A stretch of DNA of 64,000 bases, taken from assembly GCA_963713385.1 (NCBI GenBank), contig CAVQLO010000007.1, positions 59,020-123,019 on the forward strand, read 5' to 3'. The notes beneath the pieces are model-generated. The model was not told the DNA's origin and did no database searches. It saw only the letters and a list, made by a program, of their open reading frames with translations. The position numbers were made by a program, and so were the translations under genes. Shown here in pieces: positions 1-9,935 of the stretch. Each line of letters opens with the position of its first letter. Within the stretch, counting starts at the first letter, position 1. The DNA is from an uncultured Solirubrobacterales bacterium. GTDB lineage: Bacteria; Actinomycetota; Thermoleophilia; Solirubrobacterales; Solirubrobacteraceae.

Positions 1-752
1 CAGCCGCCGGACAGACGCTCGTGGGACACGCCGAGGGCATCCTCGCAAGACTGGACGCCGCCGAGGCTGCGCTGGCGGCGATCGCGGGGCTGCGCGGCGG
101 ACAGCTGCGGATGGCCTCGTTCCCAACGGCGGGAGCGACGCTGATGCCGCTCGCGATCGCCAACTTCCGCGCCTCCTACCCTGACGTCGAGCTGACGCTC
201 GCCGAGGGCGAGCCGCAGGACATCGTCCCGCGCCTGCGCGCCGGCGAGCTGGACCTCGCGCTGCTGTTCGAGTTCGCCGGCGAGAGCGCGCTCGACGAGG
301 GCATGACGCGCGTGGAGCTGCTGCAGGATCCCATGTACCTGGCGCTTCCGCACGATCATCCGCTGGCGGGCAAGAGCAGGCTGCGCCTGGAGGACCTTGC
401 AGACGAAGCGTGGGTGCAGACCTCGCGCTCCAGTCCCTGTGCGCGCCACGTCGTGCGCTGCTGTCACGCGGCCTCCTTCGAGCCCAAAGTGTCGTTTGAG
501 AGCGACGACTACCAGACCGTCCAGGGCCTGGTCGCCGCAGGAGTCGGCGTGGCGCTGATCCCAGAGCTCGCGCTGTCGGTCGTGCGCGAGGACATCGCGA
601 TCCGCGCCCTCTCGCCCGCGCCGCCGATGCGCCAGGTCATCGCCGCCGCGCCGGCGGGCGCGCGACTGGTGCCGGCGGCGCCCGCGATGCTCGGCGTTCT
701 CGAAGAGGCCGCGACGCGCTATGACGCGCTCGCGACCCCGCCGCAGGGCTAG
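1..752 (+). CDS. LysR-family transcriptional regulator (5' truncated at window edge)
   Basis: ORF 21..752 shows the LysR substrate-binding pattern (GQLRMASFPTA..., ESDDYQTVQGLVAAGVGVALIP); the HTH would lie upstream of the window. Confidence 0.92.
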   Translation, partial: AAGQTLVGHAEGILARLDAAEAALAAIAGLRGGQLRMASFPTAGATLMPLAIANFRASYPDVELTLAEGEPQDIVPRLRAGELDLALLFEFAGESALDEGMTRVELLQDPMYLALPHDHPLAGKSRLRLEDLADEAWVQTSRSSPCARHVVRCCHAASFEPKVSFESDDYQTVQGLVAAGVGVALIPELALSVVREDIAIRALSPAPPMRQVIAAAPAGARLVPAAPAMLGVLEEAATRYDALATPPQG

Positions 753-802
753 ACGGCGACCACAGCCACGTGGGCCGCGACGGCTCGAGGCGTCCGGGGC
801 GG

Positions 803-2197
803 ATGTCACCTTGGTGGGTCATGAGCATCGTGTTGCTGATCGTCGGAGTCCTGCTGGGCGCCGCCTGCGCGTTCGTGCTCGCGCGCTCGCGCGTGGGCGG
901 AGACCGTGACGCGCTGCGCGAGGAGCTCAGGTCGGTCTCGGCCGAGAGCCGCGAGCGGATGCGCGACGAAATGAAGGCCATTTCGGCCGACGTGCTCAAG
1001 CAGACGGGGGACTCGCTGGCGGCGCGCCTCGGCGAGCGCGAGCAGGCGGCGATGGGCGAGATGGCGCGCCGGACCGAGGAATGGAAGGGCCTCGTGGCGC
1101 CGGTCAACGAGAAGCTGGGCAAGGTCGAGACCGAGATCGGGCGCCTGGAGCGCGAGCGCAAGCAGGCACAGGGCGAACTGGCGAACATGGTGCGCCAGCT
1201 GCACGAGGGCGTCGGCGGCCTGCGCCAGGAGACGGGCAACCTCGTGTCGGCGCTCAAGCGTCCGACGACACGCGGCTCATGGGGCGAGATCCAGCTGCGC
1301 AACGTGGTTGAGATGGCGGGCATGGTCGCCCACTGCGATTTCGTGCAGCAGAGCACCATCCAGACCGGGGAGGGCAACCTGCGCCCCGATCTGCTCGTGC
1401 GCCTGCCGGGCGGCAAGGTGATCGTCGTCGACTCGAAGGTCCCGCTCGACGCCTACCTCGCGGCGCTCGAGGCCAACGAGGACGCCCAGCGCGAGCTGCA
1501 TCTCGCGCGCCACGCCAAGCAGACCCGCGATCACATCACCAAGCTCGCCTCGAAGGCCTACCAGACCCAGTTCGACTCCACACCGGAGCTGGTCGTGATG
1601 TTCGTGCCCTCCGACGGCATCTACCACGCCGCGCTCGCAGAGGATCCGGCGCTGATCGAGTACGGCGTCTCCCAGCAGGTCCTGTTGGCCACGCCGACGA
1701 CGCTGATCGGCCTGCTGCGCGCCGTCCACTACGGCTGGCGCCAGGAGCTGATCGCCGAGTCCGCGCGCGAGATCGCCGAGTCCGCTCGCGAGCTGCACCG
1801 CCGCCTCGGGCGCTTCGTGGAACCCCTGGCCAAGGTGGGACGCCAGCTCGACTCAGCGGTGACGGCCTACAACGAGGCCGTCGGCTCGTTTGACCATCGC
1901 GTGGTCCCGCAGGTGCGGCGAATCGAGCAGGCCGGCGCCGCCTCCGAGCGCGAGGTCGCTCCGCCGCCGGCGGTCGAGACGACCGCGCGCGCGGTCACAG
2001 CGCGCCTGGCGGAGTCCGAGCACCGGGAACAGTCGCTCGAGCCCTCGCCGGCGCCAGAGCCCCAGACGCCGCTGGCCGGTCTCGCCGCCGCGATCCCTGA
2101 GGAGGATCCCCAGAGCTGGCTCGGCGAGGAGATCGTGCGGGCGCGTCCGGGCCCAGGTCAATCGGCCAGCGAGCCGATCGCCGCCGAACGACGATGA
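803..2197 (+). CDS. rmuC: DNA recombination protein RmuC
   Basis: N-terminal TM helix, coiled coil, RGSWGEIQL, RPDLLVRLPGGKVIVVDSKVPL, VMFVP and ATPTTLIGLL motifs. Start uncertain (770/803/821). Confidence 0.93.
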   Translation: MSPWWVMSIVLLIVGVLLGAACAFVLARSRVGGDRDALREELRSVSAESRERMRDEMKAISADVLKQTGDSLAARLGEREQAAMGEMARRTEEWKGLVAPVNEKLGKVETEIGRLERERKQAQGELANMVRQLHEGVGGLRQETGNLVSALKRPTTRGSWGEIQLRNVVEMAGMVAHCDFVQQSTIQTGEGNLRPDLLVRLPGGKVIVVDSKVPLDAYLAALEANEDAQRELHLARHAKQTRDHITKLASKAYQTQFDSTPELVVMFVPSDGIYHAALAEDPALIEYGVSQQVLLATPTTLIGLLRAVHYGWRQELIAESAREIAESARELHRRLGRFVEPLAKVGRQLDSAVTAYNEAVGSFDHRVVPQVRRIEQAGAASEREVAPPPAVETTARAVTARLAESEHREQSLEPSPAPEPQTPLAGLAAAIPEEDPQSWLGEEIVRARPGPGQSASEPIAAERR

Positions 2198-2946
2198 GCG
2201 CCACCAGCGCGAGGGCCACCGGGACCGTCGCCGGCAGCTCGTCGACGACGAAGAACAGCAGATCCAGGCAGAGCCCGATCAGCGCCGTCAGCACAGCCGC
2301 GCTTCGCTGAGTCGATCTGCTTGCGGACACCGCGAGCAGCGCTCCAAGCGCGGCCGCGACGAACAGATCGCCGTAGCCCATCACCGCCGAGCCGAGCGTC
2401 GCGCTCTGAAGCGTCGGCAGTCCGGCCGCCGGATGAGCGGCGTTCAGCGCGTTGTTTGGTCGCTGCAGCAGATCGGAAACCACCAGCGCGGTGTCGGCGA
2501 GCGCCATCGCCACGATCCCGGCGGCCAGCCAGCGCCTAGGCGTGACAGCGGCCAGCAGCACCGCCAGCGTGACGCAGCTCAACGCCGACAGCATGAGCGC
2601 CGCGACCTGGCCGGCAAGCCCGCTGCGGTCAGCCCAGGCGAGCGCGAACAGCGGCGCGACCAGCAGGCCCAGCAGCGGGCCGCGCTCCGTGTGACAGCCA
2701 TCCGAGCGCGATCGCGGCGAGGATCGGCACGGCGCAGAGGGCCAGATAGGTCAGAGCCTGGGCGCTGGCGTGTTCGGCGGCGCGCGCGCCGAACACGAAG
2801 ACGATCACCGACGCCGGCGGGATCACAGCCCAGCGGCGGTCGCGCAATCCGCCAAGGCGCGGCGCCGCCAGCGAGCCCGGCACCGCGACCACGACGCCCT
2901 GGGCGATGGACAGCAGCGCGATGGAGATCCAGAACGGGAGCACCAC
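1995..2946 (-). CDS. Multi-pass membrane protein, candidate GxGD (presenilin/SPP-like) aspartyl protease; frameshift near 2675
   Basis: Joining ORFs 2629..2946 and 1995..2594 gives a polytopic protein with an intramembrane Asp (ALADTALV), MGYGDLFV and LPATVP. True stop may be near 2158. Confidence 0.6.
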
Positions 2947-2966
2947 CGATCAACATAGATGCTGGC

Positions 2967-4650
2967 TCAGTGCCCGAGCTGCACCGTCTTGACCACCAAC
3001 AGCGCGACGGCGACGACGAGGTAACCGCGAAGCAGCAGCATCGCGGCCTTCCTCCCGGGCGACCACACCGGTCGCTCGAGCAGGGCGAGCGGGGGCATCG
3101 TCCACGTGCTGCGGCGCTCGGGGGATGACTCGGCGATCTCCACGGCGCGCGCCCGCGGGCGGCTGCGCAGGACGTAGATCGCCGCCGCAGCGACGCCGAC
3201 GATCATCGCGAGCGTCAGGTACGTGACCAGGTGCGCGACGTTCAGCGCGGGGAACAAGGTGCTGGCCATCAGGATCAGCGACAGCTCGACGAGCACGCCG
3301 ATGATCAGGCTGGCGACCACGTTCAGCCAGCTCGGGTTGCGCCACGGGCCGAGCACCTCGCGGTCGTTGCAGAGCAGCAGCAGGAAGACCGTCGCACTCG
3401 GCAGCAGCACGCCCGCCAGAGCCTGAACGGAGGTCGTGATCAGCCCGAGCGGCGCGTTTGGGATCAGCACGATGCCGGCCGCGGCCATCACCATCAGGGC
3501 AAAACTCGCGTAGAAGGCCTTGGCGTCGAGCGGACCACGGTTGAGCGAGTGCTTGGCCTCGAACACGTCGCCGAACGGCGTAGGACGTTGCGAGCGTGAC
3601 CGCCGCGGCGCCGATCAGCGACGCGTTCAGCAACACGATCGCAAAGAGGGTTCCCGAGGCCGATCCAAGGTGCTCGGCGAGTTCGCTGGCGACCGCGCCG
3701 GCGTTGGTGAAGTGCCCGAAGGACGGCGTGCCCACAAACGCGAACGCCGTGACCGCGATGAGCGCGCCGGCGCCGATGACGACGACGAACGTCCCGATCA
3801 CGGTGTCGACGCGCTCGTAGTTGATCCAGCGCGGCGTGATCCGCTTGTCGATGATGTTCGACTGCTGAAAGAACAGCTGCCAGGGGGCGACCGTCGTGCC
3901 GACGATCGCGATGATCAGCAGGATCGCCGTCGAGTTCGCGCCGCCGCTGATCTGCGGTGACACGGTGTGCTGGGCGACGTTGCCGAGGCTCGGGTGCGCG
4001 AGAACGAGCAGCGGAATGACGAGGAAGTTCGCCGCGATGAACACGTACATGAAGCGCTCCCAGCTGCGAAAGCTCCCGGTCGAGGTGATCGCCACCAACG
4101 CGAGCGCGGCGACCGGCACGGCGATATAGCGGCTTACGCCGAAATAGCCGAGCGCAAGGCTCACGCCGATGAACTCCGTCACGATCGTGAGGAAGTTCAG
4201 GATGAACAGGTCCCCGACCGAGAACCACCCCCAGAAGCGCCCGAAGCGCTCGTTGATCAGCCGCGCGTGCCCGACGCCGGTCACCGCGCCGAGGCGGATC
4301 ACCATCTCCTGGTTGACGATCAGCACAGGGATCAGCAAAACCAACACCCAAAGCAGGCTCGTTCCGTAGTTCTGACCCGCCTGCGCGTATGTCGAGACGC
4401 CGCCGGCGTCGTTGTCGCCGACCATCACGATCAGCCCCGGGCCCATGATCGCCAGCAGCGCCATCGCGCGCGAGCGCCAGCCATGGCGCTCTCCACTGTC
4501 GTGTACGCGGATCGTCCCGAGCGCACCGCGGATGTCGCCGATGTGCGCCTCGTCGAGGACGGGCGGAATGCCCTGCGCGCGCTGCGCAGACGGCGCGACG
4601 CCATGCGACGCCGACGCAGCCTCGTCGAGCGTCGTCTGCTCATCGGTCAT
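2967..4650 (-). CDS. NRAMP-related divalent metal (probably Mg2+) transporter; frameshift near 3577
   Basis: MGPGLIVMVGDNDAGG (NRMT-type, not DPGN), IVGTTVAPWQLFFQQS, many TM helices; C-terminus in ORF 2967..3566; AGGAGG 9 nt before ATG 4650. Confidence 0.9.
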
Positions 4651-4688
4651 CTCGGTCAACCTCCTCTCTGTGTGCGCTCGGGAATGTC

Positions 4689-4714
4689 CCGCGTCGCGCT
4701 GATGCGCGACGCGG
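4689..4714 (-). promoter_or_regulatory. 11-bp perfect stem-loop in the 5' leader of the transporter (possible attenuator element)
   Basis: ccgcgtcgcgc-tgat-gcgcgacgcgg, between the leader ORF stop and the transporter RBS. Confidence 0.6.
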
Positions 4715-4761
4715 CGTCTCGGCGCGCGCCAAGGCGGACGGCGTCCCGATACAGGCGAGGA

Positions 4762-4830
4762 CTAGGCCAAGGGGGACGGGCCCGGCGGGCGTGCGACCGG
4801 CGTGGTACTTCGTGGCTGTTCTCGGTCCAT
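4762..4830 (-). CDS. Putative proline-rich leader peptide MDREQPRSTTPVARPPGPSPLA (22 aa)
   Basis: AGGAAGGAGG RBS 5 nt before ATG 4830, TAG at 4762-4764, 6 Pro including RPPG; below the ORF-track length cutoff. Confidence 0.65.
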   Translation of the reverse strand: MDREQPRSTTPVARPPGPSPLA

Positions 4831-4875
4831 GCCGGCCTCCTTCCTACTCGCCGATAGAGGGCTCATCCGAGTCCC

Positions 4876-4884
4876 AGCCTAGCA
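4876..4884 (-). promoter_or_regulatory. Extended -10 promoter (TGcTAGGCT) for the leader/transporter transcript
   Basis: Minus strand TGCTAGGCT about 45 nt upstream of the leader ATG. Confidence 0.5.
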
Positions 4885-4944
4885 ACGGAGCGTGTCCGCA
4901 GCGCGCCTGAGAGCGATCGCGTGCACGCGCCAACCGCACCGCGA

Positions 4945-6204
4945 TCAGTCGCGCGCGACGCCAAACCGCCGCCTCCACCCGGAGGGCAGGGTCAGCTCGA
5001 GCACGTCGTCGACCGTGATCACTCCCACCATGCGCTCCCCGTCGCCGATGACGGGCAGCATCAGCAGGTTGTAGTCGGTCATCGTGCGCGCGACCTCGGG
5101 CAGGTCGGCGTCGGTCGCCACCGACACCGGCTCGTGCTCGGCGAGGTCGGCGAGCCGCGTCTCGGGGCTCGCGCGCAGCAGTGCGACGACGGCGACCGAG
5201 CCCGCGAGGGCCCCCTGCACGTCACCCAGATACACGGTCGTGAGCGTCTCGGGCGCGAGCTCGCTGTCGCGCACGCGATCGATCGCGAAGGCCACGGTGT
5301 CCTCCATGCCGAGGCTGATGAACTCGGGGCTCATCAGCCCGCCGGCCGTCTCGGGGTTGTAGCCGAGCAGTGCTTCGATCTGACGACGCTGGGCGGGAGG
5401 CAGCAGGGCCAACACATGGGCACGGCGCTCCTGATCGATCTCGGCGACGAGATCGGCGGCGTCGTCGGCAGCCATGCGCGCGATCACGCTCGCCACCTGC
5501 GGGTCGGGACGCTCGCTGATGAACTCCAGCTGGTGGTGCTCGTCGAGCTCCTCGAAGACGTCTGCCTCCAACTCGCGGTCCTGACCGACCGCCTCGATGA
5601 TCTCCTCTCCCTCCTCGTGCGAGGCGGCCTCGACGAGGTCTGCGATCTCGGCCGGGTGCAGGTTGGCGAGCTTTCGGTGCGACAGGCGCAGACGCGCGCT
5701 CGGCACGTGACCGACGAATGGCTCCATGTCGGTCCAGTCCAGGAAGGGTCGGTCTGCGACCATCGAGCGCAGCCGGCGCGGCAGGGCGCGCCGCACCCGA
5801 GCGCGCACGCTGGGATCGAGGCCCACCACCCGCCACCAGCCGTCTATGCAGGCGAGCTCTATCTCGTGCGCGGTCACAAGCCGCGGAGGCTCGGCCTCGA
5901 CGTTGACGAGCTTGCGCCCGAGCACATCCCCGCCGAGCAGCACCTCGCCCGCGCGCCGCTCGAAGCGTCCCAGGCTGAGCTTCTCGCCCGACAGGCGCGC
6001 GCCTGCGGGCTGCAGCTCGGCTACCCGGTCGATGGGCACGAACAGATCGCGCCCGCCGATCCTCGCCTTCAGCCCCGTCACCGGCGGATAGCCACCGTCG
6101 GCGAGCCTGACGATCAGGTCCTCGACCCTTCCTAGCCGCTCGCCCGCCCGATCCAGCAGCGGACTGCGCAGCACAGCCGAGAGATGCACCACCTGCTGTG
6201 TCAC
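4945..6204 (-). CDS. Soluble PRC-barrel / MgtE N-terminal / CBS-pair protein (no MgtE membrane domain)
   Basis: LHPAEIADLVE, MAADDAADL, YNPETAGGLMSPEF and GVITVDDVLE motifs; ends after the CBS pair. Confidence 0.9.
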   Translation of the reverse strand: MTQQVVHLSAVLRSPLLDRAGERLGRVEDLIVRLADGGYPPVTGLKARIGGRDLFVPIDRVAELQPAGARLSGEKLSLGRFERRAGEVLLGGDVLGRKLVNVEAEPPRLVTAHEIELACIDGWWRVVGLDPSVRARVRRALPRRLRSMVADRPFLDWTDMEPFVGHVPSARLRLSHRKLANLHPAEIADLVEAASHEEGEEIIEAVGQDRELEADVFEELDEHHQLEFISERPDPQVASVIARMAADDAADLVAEIDQERRAHVLALLPPAQRRQIEALLGYNPETAGGLMSPEFISLGMEDTVAFAIDRVRDSELAPETLTTVYLGDVQGALAGSVAVVALLRASPETRLADLAEHEPVSVATDADLPEVARTMTDYNLLMLPVIGDGERMVGVITVDDVLELTLPSGWRRRFGVARD

Positions 6205-6306
6205 AGCACCCCTAACGTTACGCCACCGTGCGGATTTGTCGGCGCCGCCCGCAAGCTCGGCCCGATCGCAGCGCGCGGTCGTCCATCCGGCCCGCGCCGC
6301 ACGAGG

Positions 6307-7268
6307 CTAGCCGCCGGCGTCATCGACCAGCAGCGTCGCGCCGATCGCCCCGCCGAGATCGCCGAGCTCGGCCAGCCTGCATCTGCGGAGGGCGATAGTC
6401 GATGAAAAGATGCGGCTGCATCGCCTCGGCGATCCGCGTCACGTAGGCCTCGCCGAAGCGCACGCCCAGGCCGCCGCCGATGATCACCGCGTCCACCTCG
6501 AGCAGGTTGATCGCCGATGCGATTCCCGCGCCTAGCGCGCCGACTCGCGCGATCGATCAACTCGGTCGCGAGCTTGTCGTGCTGCTCGAGCGCCTGCGCC
6601 CAGACTCCGCTCGTCAGCCGCGTGCGGCCGCGCTCGCGCATCAGCTTGAACAGATCGGTCTTGCGGCCCTTGTCGACCATGCGTTTGGCGTGTCCTTCCA
6701 TCGCGGCGCGACCCGCGTAGGCCTCCATGCAGCCCCGCCTGCCGCACGTGCAGCGCGCGCCGCCGATCTTGACGACCATGTGACCGATCTCCCCGGCGCC
6801 GCCGCTGCCGCTCCAGGGCTCGCCGTTGAGGATCAGGCCCCCGCCGACCCCCGTGCCCCAGAACACGCCGAGCAGCGAAGCAAAGCCGCGACCCGAGCCG
6901 AGGCGATACTCGGCGTTGGTGGCGACCTGAACGTCGTTGCCGAGCCTCACCTGGGAACCGAGCGCAGCCTGGAGCGTGTCCGCCAGCGCAAAGGCGCCGT
7001 CCCAGCCCGGCAGGTTGCGCGCGCCCACCACATTGCCGTCTTCGACGGTCCCGGGCGAGCCGACCCCTATCCCCGCGAGCTCGCCCGCGCCCACCCCGGC
7101 GGCCTCGGACGCCTCGCGCACCGAGGCCGCTATCGCAGCAGCCACGTCGGGCGGGCCGCCGCTCGCGGGCGTCGCGCGCCGCGAGGAGCCGAGCACTTCG
7201 CGCGCGTCGTCGACGATCACCGTCTGGATCTTCGTGCCGCCGAGGTCCACGCCGCAGTAGCTGGCCAT
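6307..7268 (-). CDS. ROK-family sugar kinase (glucokinase-like); frameshifts near 6540 and 6375
   Basis: GVDLGGTK, GNDV, GTGVGGG, GEIGH and CTCGRRGCMEAY motifs. Confidence 0.9.
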
Positions 7269-7385
7269 CGCCGCTGATCATCGCGTATCGGCGCCCGGAA
7301 TCTGGCGAGAGACGCACTTTTAGGCGCCCTTGCAGGGTTTCTTCAACCCCTCTTACTCACCGGCGAAACAGTGGACTAGCTGCAT

Positions 7386-9065
7386 ATGACAACGCATACA
7401 GGCGCATCCTGGCTCGTGTACGCACTCGGGGCTCTCTGCGTCGGTGCGATCGTCGCAGCCGTCCTCGTGGTCGGACCGGCATCCGGGAGCCAGACGGCCG
7501 TAACCCGCACCGCCACTGTCGCGCAGGGCGTCGTCCAGTCGACCGTCTCGGGCAGTGGCAACCTCCAGCCCGTCAGCCAGCTCAACCTCGGCTTCAAGAC
7601 GAGCGGCACGGTCACTCACATCAACGTGACCCAGGGCGAGCAGGTCGCGCAGGGCCAGCTGCTGGCGACGCTCGACCCGCAGAGCGCCGAAGTGACGCTC
7701 GAACAGGCAAAGGCCGCGCTGCAGTCCGCCGAAGCCAACCTCGCCAAGGAGGAAGAAACCGACGGCGAAACCTCGAGCGCCACGGGCGCCGGCAGCGCCA
7801 CCGCCTCCACGGCCTCGGTGCACAGCGAAGCTCCGTCACAGACCAACGCCGCTGAGGCGCGAGCGGCAGCGTATCCCGGCGGTCCGCCGAGCACGACGAC
7901 CACGCCGACGACCACGGCTCCGACCAGCATCACCCCGACGACCACGACCCCGACGAGCACCACCCCTGCGCCAACGAGTACTGCCCCTGCGAGCACCACG
8001 CCGAAGGCTTCGACCCCGAGCAAGACTCCGACCAAAACGACGACGCCGGCGAGCGGTTCCCCGAGCAAGGGCACGACCACCACGCCCGAACACGAGAACA
8101 AAGCGGCGAGCTCCACCCCGTCCTCATCCAGCTCCAGCTCGTCCTCCTCCAAACCCACCATCAGCACCGCGACACGTGAAGCGAACATCGCATCCGCCAG
8201 GGCAGCCGTCAAGAGCGACAAGCTCACCGTGCAGAGCGCCGAACAGGCCGTCCAGGACACCAAGCTCTATGCGCCCGAGGATGGCACGATCGTCTCGCTC
8301 TCAGGTCAGGTCGGGGAAGTCGTGTCGGGAAGCGGAACGACCAAAGCTTCGAGCGCGAGCAGCTCCTCGAGCGGGTCGGGATCGAGCGCGGCCGGTGCAG
8401 CGGGCGCCTCGTCCGCCGGCCGCTCCACCGCCGGCTCAACGGGCGCATCGAGCTCCTCCTCGAGCTCCTCGAGCTCCTCCAGTTCGGCGTTCGCGGTTCT
8501 GAGCGACCTCACGTCGATGCAGCTTGTCGTCCCCCTCAGCGAATCGGAAATCAGCCACGTCACCGATGGGCAGATCGCCACGGTGACCGTCGAAGCGCTC
8601 GAAGGCCGCAAGTTCGCTGCCCACGTCAGCGAAGTCGCCATACTTTCGACCAGCAACAGCGGCGTGGTCAGCTACGACGTCACGTTTCAGCTCGACCAGA
8701 TGGAAGCTGGATTGAAACCTGGCATGAGCGCCACCGCAGAAGTCGTCGTCAAGCAGGAAGAAGGGGTGAACGTGCCGACCAGCGCGATCTCCGCCGGGAC
8801 GGTGACCGTGATTCAGAACGGCAAGCAGGTGCGCCGGCGCGTGGTCACCGGTCTGGCGGGCAACACCTCGACGATCATCCTCAGCGGCCTGAAGGCGGGA
8901 GAAAAGATCGCCCTGCCGGTCGCCACGAGCACCACGAGCACAAGCGGGCGGGGCGGCACCGGGCGCAGCGGACTGGGCGGCGCGCTGGGCGGCGGACTCG
9001 GCGGGGGCTTCGGCGGTGGCTTGGGTGGCGGCGGCGGCGCGGCCTTCTTCAGGGGCGGCGGCTGA
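7386..9065 (+). CDS. MacA-like membrane fusion (adaptor) protein with long Thr/Pro/Ser insertions
   Basis: N-terminal TM, lipoyl halves (GTVTHINVTQGEQV; LYAPEDGTIV), LKPGMSA, VPTSAI, SGLKAGEKI. Confidence 0.9.
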   Translation: MTTHTGASWLVYALGALCVGAIVAAVLVVGPASGSQTAVTRTATVAQGVVQSTVSGSGNLQPVSQLNLGFKTSGTVTHINVTQGEQVAQGQLLATLDPQSAEVTLEQAKAALQSAEANLAKEEETDGETSSATGAGSATASTASVHSEAPSQTNAAEARAAAYPGGPPSTTTTPTTTAPTSITPTTTTPTSTTPAPTSTAPASTTPKASTPSKTPTKTTTPASGSPSKGTTTTPEHENKAASSTPSSSSSSSSSSKPTISTATREANIASARAAVKSDKLTVQSAEQAVQDTKLYAPEDGTIVSLSGQVGEVVSGSGTTKASSASSSSSGSGSSAAGAAGASSAGRSTAGSTGASSSSSSSSSSSSSAFAVLSDLTSMQLVVPLSESEISHVTDGQIATVTVEALEGRKFAAHVSEVAILSTSNSGVVSYDVTFQLDQMEAGLKPGMSATAEVVVKQEEGVNVPTSAISAGTVTVIQNGKQVRRRVVTGLAGNTSTIILSGLKAGEKIALPVATSTTSTSGRGGTGRSGLGGALGGGLGGGFGGGLGGGGGAAFFRGGG

Positions 9066-9935
9066 TGCGGCGCCCTCTGCGCTCCCGCGCAGCGGCCCGG
9101 CCACGCACTGCCCGCACACGGCCACTCGTCCAGCGCGGCCGCGTCCGCGGGCCGCGGCGGCCTGCATCCCGTAATCCAGGTGCACGAAGTCACGAAGATC
9201 TTCGCACTGGGCCAGATCCGGGTGCGCGCACTGCGCAAGGTCTCGCTGCGTATCGACTCCGGCGACTTCGTGGCGATCATGGGCAGCTCTGGCAGCGGCA
9301 AGAGCACCCTGATGAACATCCTCGGCTGTCTGGACATACCGACGAGCGGCCGCTACCTGATAGACGGCGTGGACGTCAGCCACATGGACGAGGATGATCT
9401 CGCTGACCTGCGCAACCGCAAGATCGGCTTCGTCTTTCAGAGCTTCAACCTCGTCCCGCGCACGAGCGCGCTCACGAACGTCGAGCTGCCCCTCGCCTAC
9501 GCCGGATTGCGGGGCGCTGAGCGAAGGAAGCGCGCCGAACGCGCGCTGCGCTCGGTGGGCATGGCCAACCGCATGCGCCATCAGCCGTCAGAGCTCTCGG
9601 GGGGCCAACAGCAGCGGGTGGCCATCGCGCGGGCGCTCGTAACCAACCCTTCGCTGATCCTCGCCGACGAGCCGACGGGCAACCTGGACTCGCACTCCAC
9701 GGAGGACGTCCTGCGGATATTCGCGCGCCTGAACGCCGAAGGACGGACCGTGATCATGATCACCCACGAGCCAGACGTCGCGGAACAGGCCAAGCGGGTG
9801 ATCCGGCTGAGCGACGGCGAGATCGTCGAGGATCGCCGTACGGCGGGCGTGCACGACGCCCCGCCCGAGGTCCGCGGCCAGAAGTCCGCCCACGAGCGCC
9901 CCATCAACCCCGACGTGGTGGAGGCCCAGCCGTGA
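9065..9935 (+). CDS. ABC transporter ATP-binding protein (MacB/LolD type)
   Basis: GSSGSGKST, LSGGQQQRVAIARAL, ILADEPTGNLD in ORF 9180..9935. Probable true start at the coupled ATG 9065 with a frameshift near 9165. Confidence 0.93.

Noticed and set aside
1995-2197. 200-nt convergent overlap between rmuC and the membrane protease candidate as a functional antisense feature
   Set aside because: Both tails are low-complexity and a single indel would end the minus gene near 2158; not reliable in this error-prone assembly.
4660-4945. M-box (ykoK) or yybP-ykoY riboswitch upstream of the metal transporter
   Set aside because: I could not find the conserved riboswitch segments by eye; the space is occupied by an RBS and short ORF. 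A covariance-model search is needed to exclude it fully.
7880-8480. Thr/Ser codon runs as DNA-level tandem repeats
   Set aside because: Synonymous codons vary; they reflect low-complexity protein linkers.
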